Below are positions 12,585 to 24,130 of a stretch of 64,000 nt of DNA, piece after piece (the first letter of the stretch is position 1; each line of letters begins with the position of its first letter). The DNA comes from the human T2T-CHM13v2.0 reference genome, Homo sapiens. The stretch is taken from assembly GCF_009914755.1 (NCBI RefSeq), contig NC_060940.1. One strand, written 5' to 3'. The position numbers were made by a program, and so were the translations under genes. The notes under the pieces were generated by a model. The model was not told where the DNA came from and did not search any database. It saw nothing but the letters and a program-made list of their open reading frames with translations.

Positions 12585-12760
12585 TATATTTATGTCTATG
12601 CCTGCAACTATGATTATGTTCATGTCTATGCCTATGTCTATATTTATGTTTATATCTATCTCTATGTCTATTTCTACTTCTATGTTCATGTTTATGTCTA
12701 TGTCATATCAGTCTCTGTATCTATATTTATGTCTATATCTATATATCTATGTTCATGTCT
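12585..12760. repeat. Degenerate hexamer repeat (TATGTC/TATATC)n
   Basis: about 29 imperfect 6-bp units. Confidence 0.9.
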
Positions 12761-12780
12761 AACTTGGTATCCATGCCTTC

Positions 12781-13089
12781 TTTTTTTTTTTTTTTTTTTG
12801 AGACGGAGTCTCATTCTGTCACCCAGGCTGTAGTAGTGCAGTACTGCGATCTCAACCTCACAGCAACCTCTGACTCCCTGGTTCAAGCGATTCTCCTGCC
12901 TCAGCCTCCCGAGTAGCTGGGATTACAGGCGCTCGCCACCACGCCTAGCTAATTTTTGTATTTTTAGTAGAGGCGGGGTTTCACCATGTTGGCCAGGATG
13001 ATCTTGATCTCCCGTCCTCGTGATCCACCTGCCTCTGCCTCTGCCTCCCAAAGTGCTGGGATTATAGGTGTGAACCACAGCATCTGGCC
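12781..13089 (-). mobile_element. AluS (Sc/Sg-like)
   Basis: Full dimer; TSD tatccatgccttctt at 12768-12782 and 13091-13105. Confidence 0.95.
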
Positions 13090-13639
13090 ATATCCATGCC
13101 TTCTTATCTGTCTGTTGGAAGAACATAGACAGGGGTGACCTATCTATTAAAGGAGACAAGAGACATATAAGTCAAACACAATATATGGATTTCATTTGAG
13201 TTCTGCTCAATCAAATTGTGTAACAATTTTTAAGACCATCAGTAAAATGTAAGTACTAACTGGGCATTTGGTGATATCAAATAATTATTGTTATTTTTTA
13301 AGTGTGATAATTGCATCAAGATTCTATTTCTTTTTCTAAATAAGTTCTTATCATTCATAATCATACACAAATAAACTATTTACATAATGTCTGAGAACTT
13401 TAAAAAACGTATTCTAAAAATGTAGCAACAGAGAAAAGTGGGTGAGGGTGTAAACAAAATCAGATGGAGTTGAAGCAAAGTGATGGGTACACAAGGTTTT
13501 ATGATGTTATTTTTTCTACTTTTGTAAATATTTGAATTTTTATAAATGAGGGGTGGAGGAAAGTATAATTCCCCTCCTTCCTATTCCTTTTGCTACTTCT
13601 GTTATTTCTTTAAATCTCAACTCCACTGTTTTTCTCAGA

Positions 13640-13905
13640 GTAGCTTCAAAGGACGTATGTCATTCTTTCTGCTACCTGGAAACTGAGATGGCCAGATACT
13701 TTTGTTTTCAGAACTTCTTGCAGCTACAAAGGAGACCACAACTCCACCAAACAAATACACCTGCCCCAGATTTCAAATGGAAAGAACAGAGACTGTGTAA
13801 ATTTCAGTCTGTGAGTTACCCAGTATCCTCTAATTAAATTCCCTGTCTATTTAATTTGGCTAGAGATGGATTCTGTTGCTTGTAATCAAAAGCTTTACTG
13901 AAACA
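13640..13905 (+). mobile_element. LTR16/LTR33-type ERVL LTR fragment
   Basis: cttcttgcagcta...taaattccct...ctagagatggattctgttgcttgtaa...actgaaaca. Confidence 0.6.
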
Positions 13906-14168
13906 AAAGCTTTCTCTGATTCCTAGTTTAGTTCATACCTTTGTTATGGGTTTTCATAAAACCATTTGCTTGCTTTTTACAGAACTTGACACAATTCTAG
14001 TTTATTTGCATGCTCACTTGATTAATACACGTGTCTCTAATCATAACGTCAGCTTCTTGAGTGCAGACGTTGCACGTGTTTTGCTTCACCTCTTTATTGC
14101 CAATGTTCAGCCCAGTGAATGCCCTGGCATATTGCGTAAGTTCAGTAACTATCTGCTGAATGAATGAG
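13906..14168 (+). mobile_element. L2 3' fragment
   Basis: cccagtg..tgccctggcatattg.gtaag.tcagtaa.tatctgctgaatgaatga. Confidence 0.65.
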
Positions 14169-14188
14169 TACAAAGAGGAGAATGAGGG

Positions 14189-14610
14189 TGTTGTATAATG
14201 TTCACAATAAAACATTATCATTTCCTTTTGGACACATGGATGATTGTACTTAATCCTGCTTTGGGCAGGTGGAATTACATAATCAGGTTATGTCAAATAG
14301 TTTGTGTTCCTTTCAGTTGAAGGCATTTAACTGTGAGTGTGAAACTTTCTACTTCTCTTTTCCTCTTGCAGAAACCAAGATGGCCCCGAGTTCCACACGG
14401 AGCACTGCAGGAGAGCAGTCTGTCAGCCTAAGTGACTGAGTCTGTCAGCCTAAGTGACTATGTATAGTGGAGATGCTGAGCTGGACTGCATGAAACATTT
14501 AGGTTGAGAAAGCACTAGAAAAAAAATAACAACAACTTCTGTTGCATTAAGCCATAGAATGTTGGGGGTGTTGTCATCTCAGCATAACCTACCCTATGCT
14601 GACAGATACA
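14189..14610 (+). mobile_element. MLT1I/J MaLR LTR
   Basis: End ttctgttgcattaagcca..gaatgttggggg.gttgt...cagcataacct.ccctatgctgacagataca. Confidence 0.7.
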
Positions 14611-14734
14611 AGTAAAAGAAAACAAAATGCAAAAAAGAAGAAGTGGAAGAGTTAGATATTTGTAGACAAAAAGAAAACAGCAACAGTGAATTTAGTCTAC
14701 AGTAGACAAATTTTGGGGCTTCTTGATGGATGTT

Positions 14735-14945
14735 TTTGGAGTTTAATCTCAACTCTACCACTTACTATCTGTGTGATATGGAGTTTCTTAACCTCCCTGA
14801 TCCTCAGTTCCCTCATCTGCAAAACAGAAAAATCAAGTGATACTGACTTTCTGGAGTTGTTGCATAGATGAAAGTTAAATGAGATAATTTATGTGTAAGC
14901 ACCTTACCTGTCATGCTGTGGGTGCCCAATGAATGATGATTAAAT
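14735..14945 (+). mobile_element. MIR
   Basis: cacttacta.ctgtgtga...cttaacctccctga.cctcagttccctcatctgcaaaa. Confidence 0.8.
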
Positions 14946-15019
14946 GAGTGAATGAATGGAAAGAAGTCACAGGTGAAGCCAGGAAGGGCAGAGGTGGAGG
15001 AAGCCATGGAGTTAGAGAA

Positions 15020-15330
15020 TGCCTCCAATTGCTAAGCAGGCCCTTGCTCTGAATCTCCCAAGTCTGTCACTGTGCATTGTAATTTAGTAAATCATTTCAT
15101 GCAGTGGAGTGTTTGCTTATCCAATCAAGAAGTGGATTTATGCCTAATTCTGGCGGCTTCTCTGCAAAGTGTTGTGAGCTTCAGAGGCTCCCCAGCTTGG
15201 GAGCCAGATTGCCGCATAGTGATTTATGTGATCGGGGAGGCTGGCCCCACAGCCATGAGCATAGGGCATAAATCTGAGGCATGCAGTGAGCCCTGATTCG
15301 GTCTGGCACACCTTGGCAAAGCACCAGGTA
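15020..15330. promoter_or_regulatory. Candidate enhancer with homotypic PBX-HOX cluster
   Basis: GATTTATG x3 (15135, 15221, reverse at 15267), GTAAATCA 15087, CTGTCA 15064. Confidence 0.45.
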
Positions 15331-15412
15331 CGAGCTCCTACTCACCTACTGCAGAGTCTTGATGTTATAATGCAAAGGGTGAGGGCAAGGCGGAGGCTCT
15401 GAGGCTGCTCAG

Positions 15413-15960
15413 TCTCATTTATTCATTCGTTATTCAACCAGTAATTCTTGAGCATCCTGTAAGTGCCAGGCCCTGTGCATGGTGCTTGGGATAACCCCAG
15501 CTCTCCTGAGTCTCATATTCTGGCAAATAACTGTATTGCAATGTGAGAAGTGCTGTGATGAGGGAAACACAATTTACTGTGGCGCAGAGGGTGGCATCTA
15601 AGCTAGTCTTGGAGCATGAGAGTTGACTTTCCAGAAGAGAGGATCTCTAAACTGAGACATAAAGGACACTTCTAGGAAGGGGGAATGGCATTTGCAAAAT
15701 CAAGGAAATGAGTGGCAGAATGAAAAAGAGAGAAGATAGAAAATTCTGGAGCAGAAAGTCATTCGGTACGGCAGAAGACTAGAAGTGGAGTGAGTGGGTG
15801 GTGAGAGAAGAAGCTGGAGGGGCGGCAGGGGTCTGATGGTAGAGACCTCTCAGACTATGCTAAAGAGTTTGGACTTCATCCACAGGGCCATGGGAACTTG
15901 CTGAGGCAGGGGTGCAGAGTGATCAGAGTTTCTCTCCAGAAAGTTCCTGTGGGCTATTCT
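15413..15960 (-). mobile_element. L2 fragment (continues approx. 16575-16700)
   Basis: tcatttattcattc...ttgagcatcc...gtgccaggccctgtgc; tgctaaagagtttggacttcatcc. Confidence 0.75.
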
Positions 15961-15979
15961 TTCTTTTTCTTTCTTCTTT

Positions 15980-16572
15980 TTTTTTTTTGAAAAGGTATGT
16001 TAACTTTTATTTTAAGTTCAGGAATACGTAGGAAGGTTTGTCATGCAGATAAACTCATGACTCAGGTGTTACTTAGCAGATTATTTAGTCACCAAGGTAC
16101 TAAGCATGGTACCCAACAGTTTTTTTTCCCCTGAATCTCTACCTTCTACCACCCTCCTTCCTCAAGTAAGCTCCAGTATCTGTTGTTTCCCTCCTTCTGT
16201 CCATGTGTTCTTATTATTTAACTCCCACTTATATATGAGAACATGCAGTATTTGGTTTTCTGTTCCTGCATTAGTTTGCTAAGGATAAGGACCTCCAATT
16301 CCATCCACATTCCTGCAAAGGACATGATCTCTTCTTTTTTAGGGCTGCATAGTATTCCACAGTGTATATGTACTACATTTTCTTTATCCAGTCTGCTGCT
16401 GATGGGGGTTTTTGTTGATTCCGTGTCTTTGCTATTGTAAATAGTACTACAATGAACACATGCATGCATATGTCTTTATCGTAGAATGATTTATATTCCT
16501 CTGGGTATACACCAAGTAATGGGATTGCTAGGTCAAATGGTAGTTCTGTTTTTAGTTCTTCGAATAATTGCT
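15980..16572 (-). mobile_element. L1PA15/16 3' end
   Basis: aacttttattttaagttcagg...gtactaagcat.gtacccaa...gggattgctaggtcaaatggtagttctg. Confidence 0.9.
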
Positions 16573-16704
16573 TATGGGCTTTTCTGTGTAGCTTTGACTG
16601 GTGGAGATTGGAAGACCAGGTAGGTAGCAGAGAGCTCCAGGTGACAGATGCTGGTGACCTGAATTAGGATGTGGCCAGGGAGTTGAAAGGTTGGGCATAA
16701 AGCA

Positions 16705-16925
16705 AATAATAACAGTTAACATTATGTAAAGCACAGTGTCACTGATTGAATTTTTACAAGTTTAAGCTGTAAGCACTACTAGTGTGTCCTTTTTACAGAT
16801 GAGAAACGTGAGGCATGGAGAGGTTAAGTAACTTTCTTAAGTTTAAACAGCTTGTAAATGACCCAGCTGGGATTCAAACCCAGGCAGTTTAATTCCAAGA
16901 TCCATGCATTTCACCCATGTGCACT
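16705..16925 (-). mobile_element. MIR
   Basis: ttttacagatgagaaac.tgaggca..gagaggttaagtaact...gggattcaaacccaggcag. Confidence 0.85.
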
Positions 16926-17259
16926 GACTGCTATCTTGTTAGACTATGAGCTTTCCAAAAAGTCAAGATCCAAGGTCTGTATTATCCACAGCACTTGGCA
17001 CAAAGTATGGTGCCTGATAGGTGCTTAATTACTGTTGTTGAAGAAACGACTGAATTGATGAATAGCACCTGACCCGCCTAACTTTGCATAACTGCCTGGC
17101 TACTTTCTAGCTTTGACCATTCCAGCAAGTTCTGTTTACCCTGTCAAACCTCCTTCTTCTCCTCTGTAACAGAGATTTAATTAGAAAACGAGGGGACTAC
17201 CTCTCCGGGTTTCTTGGCACATTCTGTGTGATAACGAATGTGAAAGTGTTTTGTAAATG

Positions 17260-18200
17260 ACGCAGTCTTCTGCCAGTGGTGGCTATTACAATTGCTATTG
17301 TAGGAGCTGAGACGCCACATTGGAATTCCAGGCGGCATTTTTTTTTCTGTTGAGCACCAGAAGCTTCCTTTTCCTTGGAAGTCTTCAGCACAAATTAATT
17401 ATTGCTATCTGTGTCTAGAGGCTGTGGCCACCTGGCCATCCATCTCTTACTGACAGCTGAGGTTCCTATGAGCTCAGGAGTAGGAATCACTTCTCCTGGA
17501 GGCGGCTCCTTTTATTCCCTATTTACTTCTACTTTAATCTGCATATTATCATCAGCACAAAGCCCTCAGAATAACATCTGACAAATGACGCCTATTAAAA
17601 AAAACTATGCACTTCTCTTTCACCGTCTTCTAATTTGGAATAGCATTATAACTATGCATCGCTAGACAAGCAATATTATGTTAAGAACATGATAAAATAC
17701 CAGCAGCTCTGTAATGGCACCCACCAAATGGTAATTTCTGCTTCAGAAATTGGTCATTTATTTGCTGGTCTGTTCTTACGTTCAAATTAGATGAAGTTTA
17801 ATATACTGTAAAATTGAATATATTCTGTCCTTTTCAACAAATATGGCATGTGTGAAAATGATTTATGGCTCATGGGAACCTCTAAAATGTAAAATAATCT
17901 CTTTTTTTGTGTGTTTCTTAAGTAAGTTATGGCCTGAGAGTTTAAACACAGGAAAAGCAAAACTTTATTAAGCTCCAGGCCCTAGTTCTTCTGTAATCAG
18001 GCCGTGGTAAGAACAGGAGCTGTGGCCCTGCGCAGATTACAGTGGGCTGTAAGAGCAGCCACATTAATTGCTACATTAATTTTATTCTATTAACTATAAT
18101 TGGGAGAAAAGCAAGTCTTCCCCAGTGAGTGTTATAATTTGCAACTTAATTTTTAATAAAGCTGTGTCAAGACCATGGTGCTTAGCACAGGTCATTTCTT
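17260..18200. promoter_or_regulatory. Candidate conserved non-coding element / enhancer
   Basis: About 0.9 kb repeat-free; TGACAGCT 17451, TGATTTATGG 17859, multiple TTAATT cores. Confidence 0.45.
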
Positions 18201-18439
18201 TCAATGGGTGTTTGGCATCCTGCTGCTAGCCAACCATAAGAATAGCTGCTTGAAATGTGTGGATGGGGGCAAGAGAGAAAGGAGAGGAAGATGGGGAGGG
18301 AGAGCTTACAATCCTCCCAGGGATCAGGGATGAGGAACTCCTTTCTGGAAAATGCTTGACTTTTCCCTTTCTTCTCCATCTCCTGTTCTCCATAGCCCCT
18401 CTCCAAGCCCAAGGGAAAACTTGAGAAGCCCAGATGTCT

Positions 18440-18540
18440 AAGGCAGTGACCGTGCCACTGACTCACTTTATGACTTCAGATAAGTCATTTGAACACTTGA
18501 GCCTTAACTTTCTCTTCTGTAAAATGGGAGATTATAATAA
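18440..18540 (+). mobile_element. MIR
   Basis: tgacttcagataagtcattt..cacttgagcctt.actttctcttctgtaaaatggg. Confidence 0.75.
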
Positions 18541-18800
18541 TGATAGTAACTGACTTTTATAAAATCACATGCATCATAGACCAGGTAGTGTTCCAAGAGC
18601 TTTATATGTATAGTATTCCATTAAATGCTCATGGTCACCCCATGATGTTTGTATGTTATCATTCCCCCATTTTACAGATAAGGAAACTGAGACACAGAGA
18701 CATTATGTAACTTGCCCCAGGTCACACAAATAGTAAGTGGTGGAGGCAGGGTTTGATCCCAATTTGTTCAACCTTGGATTCCATGCTTTAAACTGCTGGG
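18541..18800 (-). mobile_element. MIR
   Basis: cccattttacagataaggaaactgagacacagaga...taacttgccccaggtcacaca. Confidence 0.85.
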
Positions 18801-19489
18801 CTAAGCTTGCCAGAATTATAAGGAAACGTAAGGGAGACGGTGGATGAGAATGGGCTTGGTGGTTCTTCATTGGGAAGTCTTTTGTCCAACAAACACTATT
18901 TGATCCTTATTTGCCAGACACAGCCCCCTGCACTGCGGCGGGACATGGATGAGAAGAAAATTGTGATCTTTTGTGCAATTAAAATATCATCTGGAAGTAC
19001 TCTATGAGCACACATCTTTCACCCACCAGCTGATTCCTGGTGACAGCAGAACTTCCTGCCACTCAGATTTAGTGAGAAGTCCAGTTCCAGCAGGTAGAGA
19101 AGGGGAGGGAATTAATTTTTGTCAGAGTCATTCCCGACATGTGCCAGTTTACTTATGCTATTTGTTTCATTCTCATAACAACCTGACAAGGTATACTTTA
19201 ATATTCCTATTTGACAGATTAAATAGCTGAGGGCTGGTCTGCAGCTATAAGACTTACCCATGATCCCACAACTTCTTAGCCTCTCGACTTCCACCTTTAG
19301 TCCAGCTTCCCCTCTCAAAGCAGATGACCCTGGTAGATCTTACGTGGAGCCAAAGGGAACAATTAGCCCAGAGCAAAAAGAAGTTTCTGAGCAGGTTACA
19401 GGGCAGTGGAGGAAAATTTGGAGATACAATGGCAACCCAGGGTAGTGTAGAGGCTAAGAGCAGAACAAACAAAAATGTAATTGATAAAG

Positions 19490-19730
19490 GAGCATAGAAA
19501 TTACCGATGGAGACTTTCAGCCAATCAGACCTGGGTTTAAATTTTAGCTCCTTCATTCCTAGCTAAGTGACATAAGCTCTTGGAGCCTCGGTTTCCTCAT
19601 TTCAAACAAGGCCATAGTGAAATGTTGACTTCCTAGTATTGCTGTGAGAATTTAATGAGATGCTCTTTGAGTGAATGATCTTAGCCCTTGTGCCCTGCAG
19701 AGAGAAAGCTCCTAATTAAAGATTACTCTA
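19490..19730 (+). mobile_element. MIR
   Basis: cagacctgggtttaaat...gagcctcggtttcctcatt. Confidence 0.75.
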
Positions 19731-19969
19731 ATTATATTAGGAATTCTTGTTCTCGGGTCATGTTGAAGAAGAACATCACAACCAACACAGTCCTCAGTAT
19801 AATTGGGAAATATTCACCCCATAATTTATAATGGGCTTTCTTCTCAGCTCTTTCCCTTTAGGCTAGGGCAATTTATCAAATATACAGCAATCCCCAGCTG
19901 ACCAGCGAAGAAAGAAAGACACATTAACCCACTGTTGCTCCCTCTGCTTCTCTCGGTCTGGGCTGGGAC

Positions 19970-20200
19970 CCTGGACTCTGTGTGTTTCATGCATGCTTTA
20001 GGTGACTCCTATGACTGGGTCAATTTGGGAAACTTTACACCGGGTGGTGGTTCTCAGCTATACTGTGAATATCAGCCACCTGGGGAATTTTTTACATTGC
20101 AAATTTCTGATCCTCCCTCCACCCCTACAAAACTGAAATTCAGAATGTGGGATCCCAAAATCTGCATCTTGGTTTGGTTTACTCGTGTTTTCTAATTACA
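19970..20200. mobile_element. MER5-family fragments
   Basis: ggtggttctcagct...ccacctgggga...aatctgcat. Confidence 0.6.
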
Positions 20201-20700
20201 GCCTCAATTTTCATCAAACTATTTTATAGTTGTTTCCATATCTAGTGTCTCTGTATCTCCAGTGTCCATCATGGGGTGCTGAATGCTCAATGGGTTCAGG
20301 GGAATTCATGGACTCATTCAGTTATTCACCTATTTATTGAGCAACTAGGTTTTGACTGAGGTTCTCGTAGTATTCTTAGTGCTGAATTACAACAGAATAA
20401 AATGATGTGCTGATGCCCCAATATATGTTTCTAAAAATCTAAGTTCCTCCTTCATAATTTATAAAATATTCCCGATTTATTTGGGGGAGAGATTAACCTC
20501 ATTTCGCATATAATGAAACTTCTAAATAAAAAGAGGCAGTTGTTTTCTGGGGAACTGGGGCAAGTGACTTAACCTCTAAGGAGCTTGGTTTTCTGGTCAG
20601 GAAATATGATAATACTCACATGGTAGGTTGTTCTGAGGGTCATCCCAGATGCTTGCAGAGTACCTGGTACACAATAGGGGCTTGGAAAATGGTAGATATT

Positions 20701-21321
20701 CAAAAAGATACACACACTCGTATGCTCCTCACAGCACTATTCACAATAGCAAAGACATGGAAGCAACCTAGGTGCTCATCAGTGGTGGACTGGAAAAAGA
20801 AAACATGGTACATATATAGTATGGAATACTATACAGCCATTAAAAAATAGGCAGGCAGATCACAAGGTCAAGAGTTCAAGACAAGCCTGGCCAACATGAT
20901 GAAACCCTGTCCCTATTAAAAATACAAAAATTAGCCAGGCGTGTTAGCGTATGTCTGTAATCTCAGCTACTCAGAAGGCTGAGGCAGGAGAATGGTTTGA
21001 ACCCTGGAGGCAGAGATTGAAGTAAGCAGAGATCACGCCATTGCACTCCAGCCTGGCAACAGAGTGAGACTCCATCTAAAAAAAAAAGAATGAAATTATG
21101 CCTTTTGCAGCAACATGGATGCAGCTGGAGGCCATTATTCTAAGTGAATTAACACAGAAACAGAAAAACAAATACCACATATTCTCACTGATAATTGGAA
21201 GCTAAACACTGGGTACACATGGACGTAGAGATGGGAACAATAGACAGTGGGGACTCCAAGCGGGGGAGGGAGGGCAGGTACTCCCTGATCCTGAAATAAA
21301 AGTTGAAATTAAAAAAAAAAA
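20701..21321 (+). mobile_element. L1PB-type 3' end inserted at the end of a MIR, containing an Alu
   Basis: caaaaagatacacacactcgtatg...aaataaaagttgaaatt+A tail; perfect 16-bp TSD gaaaatggtagatatt 20685-20700 / 21322-21337. Confidence 0.92.
20849..21088 (+). mobile_element. AluS, 5'-truncated
   Basis: ggcaggcagatcacaaggtca...gagactccatct+A tail. Confidence 0.92.
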
Positions 21322-21999
21322 GAAAATGGTAGATATTAATAACACAGTCTTAATTATAAAGAAATTGTCTAAAGAATAGTGTTAACTGGACATTATTTTC
21401 TCTGATGCCTATTCCCAGGTGAATAGCCAGGTAAAAACTATTAATTCTGTAAATTCATCTGACATGCCCTGTGCTCTTTGTCTAATTTCGGAGAATTTTT
21501 TTCTTCCCTCTCCATATCTGTTTCCTTGCTGCTGCATATGCAGATTAATAATTTCCATCTTGGCGTTTTCCTTTTTCTCTCTATTACTTCCCATCTTTTT
21601 CCTTTGTCACCTCTCTCCTTTTCTTACTTTCACCCCTCTTGATCTTCTCACTTTCCTCTTCCTCATTACATCCTAACGTATATCTTTTTTTTTTTTTTTT
21701 CTGATTTTCCATCTTCTCTTTTTGGCCTCTCAGGAGCCCAAAGAAGTTCTTCAATGTTTGTTCATGAAAATAGTGTGTTCCTTATTATTAATGTTAAAGT
21801 GGATAAGCTGAATGCTTCATCTTCCTCTTTCAAACCAACAACAAAAAGAGGAAAGGCATCACTTTACAATAAAATCAAATCACTTTTTTTCTTTTTATTG
21901 TGTGACTGTCAATGGAAGCGTAACCCATGCCTGCGTGTCAGCAGCGACAGCAGTGGTGTATTTCCTACAGAATGAAAGAGAAAAAACATTTTCAAGATG

Positions 22000-22160
22000 A
22001 CCTGGTTCCAGCACTTACTCTTCTTCTAAACTAGCTTTAAGAGTCTGAGGATGTCATTTGACTTATCTGGTCTTCACTTTCACAGTTATAAAGTAAGTGG
22101 GTGTGGGTTGTACCAAACATCTCTAAGGTACTTCCTAGTGCTAAAATTTCCATGGCTTTA
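22000..22160 (+). mobile_element. MIR3
   Basis: gtcatttgactt.tctgg.cttcacttt...atctctaaggt.cttcc.ag..ctaaaatt. Confidence 0.6.
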
Positions 22161-22779
22161 ATCTTTCATTCATTTCCTATAGAAATGCTATCAAGTGCCA
22201 AATTTCATTCGCCTGACAAGCCTCACTAGGCACAAACAGAAGGTATTCAATTGCAAATAGAGAACAATTGACATTATTTTTTTTTAAATTTTCTCAGGGT
22301 CTAATGCACACTACTAGACTTTGCTTTTTCTCTTACCTTTGTAAATGTATTTCTACGGAGTCCCAAAGGGCAAGAGGAGAGTTATTTTAGGCATGAGGAA
22401 TGTTCTCAAGACCATCTTTTCCTGCAGACAATTTTTAAATCTACTCCTTGAAGGTATTTAAAAGATGCAATAATAGTATATTTCTCGATTCTTTAGTAGC
22501 TGCCATACTGTTTGCCTTTTGGGGTCAGGCAAACTCTTTCCTTCCCTGATTGCTAATAATAATGTCCTTTCATGAAGTTTTAGTATTTCCAGGGGAAATC
22601 CTGCACACTTTGAAATAATTTAGTTATTCACAGTAATACTAAGGAGCAGATGGATAAAATACCTTGCCACCTGACACAACTCTTAGACACTTCATTGTTA
22701 TGGTGCCCTTCCTTGAATTCATTCTCATTTGTCAGTTATTCCCTTGAAGTGTGACTCTGAGAATTGTCTTCAGTACTGT

Positions 22780-23310
22780 ATTACATCGTGTCTCCAGACT
22801 CCAGATTTCTGCAGTGCTTTAGACATATTCTCAATTGCAAACATGTCTGCTTGTGGAGGATACAAACAAGTTGCACACAAAATGCCCATTAAACTCACTT
22901 CTTCCCACATTCTTCTTAGATTACCAGTTTATGTGAACTCCATTAAGACCTACTCAGTTACCCAAATTAGAAGTATCCTGAACCATTCCCTCTGCTTCTC
23001 TCCTCCCCTGGAGGTAGCTATAGCCTATCAACTTGACCTCAAAATTATTTCTTAATTCAGAATCCTCTTCTCTGTCTCCATTGTCATTATTTAATTCATA
23101 ATCTAATGTTCTACCTAAATTCCTGAAACTACCTCCTAATTCATCTTCATACCCTTACTCTTGCTAATCTATTACATTTGCATTTCAGGAGATAGAATTA
23201 CATTCCTAACTTGAAAACTTTCAGAGGTTCTGCATAGCTTTCATGATGAAGCGAAAATTCCTGAACTCCTTCTGGCACACAAAGCCTTTCATAATCTACT
23301 TCTTCTCTAC
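22780..23310 (+). mobile_element. L2 fragment
   Basis: ctccagatttc..cagtgc...gacat.ttctc; cctcctaatt..tctt; aaagcctttcataatct. Confidence 0.6.
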
Positions 23311-23339
23311 TATTTCCATTTTTCAAACACTGTTGGGAA

Positions 23340-23700
23340 AATGACATTCTCTTTTTGATAGGTAGGCTAAAATGATTATAAGATGTAAGCTTAGAGCTAT
23401 TGGTGGATGTCTTTGCCATCTTCTTGGGGAAATTCCCAAAATAGATAAAGGCAGAGCTATGACTCAGAGAGAGAGAGAGAGAGAGAGAAAGAAGAGGGTG
23501 TATAATAGCACCCTGATGATATGCAGATTGAAGATGTAGTTTCAGTCATGACCCTGAAGCTTTCATGAATTCCAATTATGTGACACAATAGTTGTTTTTT
23601 TCTGATTCTGTATTCATGCCAAAGTTCACAAAATTTTTCCAAATTTTATCCAATTTTTACTCAAAAGAGAACAAGTTAATTAGAATTGTCTTTTCTCCAA
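23340..23700 (+). mobile_element. MLT1K/L-type LTR with (GA)n
   Basis: gatgtaagcttagagct...ttgccatc...gcagagc..gagagagaga...cctgatga. Confidence 0.5.
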
Positions 23701-23894
23701 TTGTATTTTTAAGTATACTTAAAATGGACTTTAATTATTCTATCATGTCCTTCAGTAAGAAGAATAAAAAAAAAGTTAGACCCTGAAGTCACACTGTATC
23801 TAATCTCTTTGTCTCTTTTAGTCCTCCTCTAAGAGGGAAACTTCTGTTATATTAAGGTAAGTATGTTGCAGGAGAGTGGCAGTGAAACCATAAT

Positions 23895-24130
23895 ATTATT
23901 AATAGCTTCTAATTGTTGATTACTATATACTAGACCCTTTAGACACATTATGTCTAATCATTGTCCCAACTCATGTGATATCCAATTAACCTATTTTTAC
24001 ATGTTAAAAAATGAGAGTCTGAGAGGTTAAATAACGTTAAAATTACATAGTCAATGGATAAGTTTGCTGAATTTAATCCCAGGTTCTGTCTGACTTCCAA
24101 AATGAATATTTAGTACATTATACTGACTAT
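23895..24130 (-). mobile_element. MIR
   Basis: tttttacat...aaatgagagtctgagaggttaaataac...cccaggttctgtctgact. Confidence 0.7.

Larger units (their letters stand above)
12040..13546 (+). mobile_element. L1MC4/5 3' region, split by low-complexity repeat and Alu
   Basis: gtaaaggggagaattaagcatttatcctg...; ends tttgtaaatatttgaatttttataaat. Confidence 0.65.

Noticed and set aside
12471-12762. Periodic ORFs (IDIDIN / MSMSIF)
   Set aside because: Translation artefacts of a hexamer simple repeat
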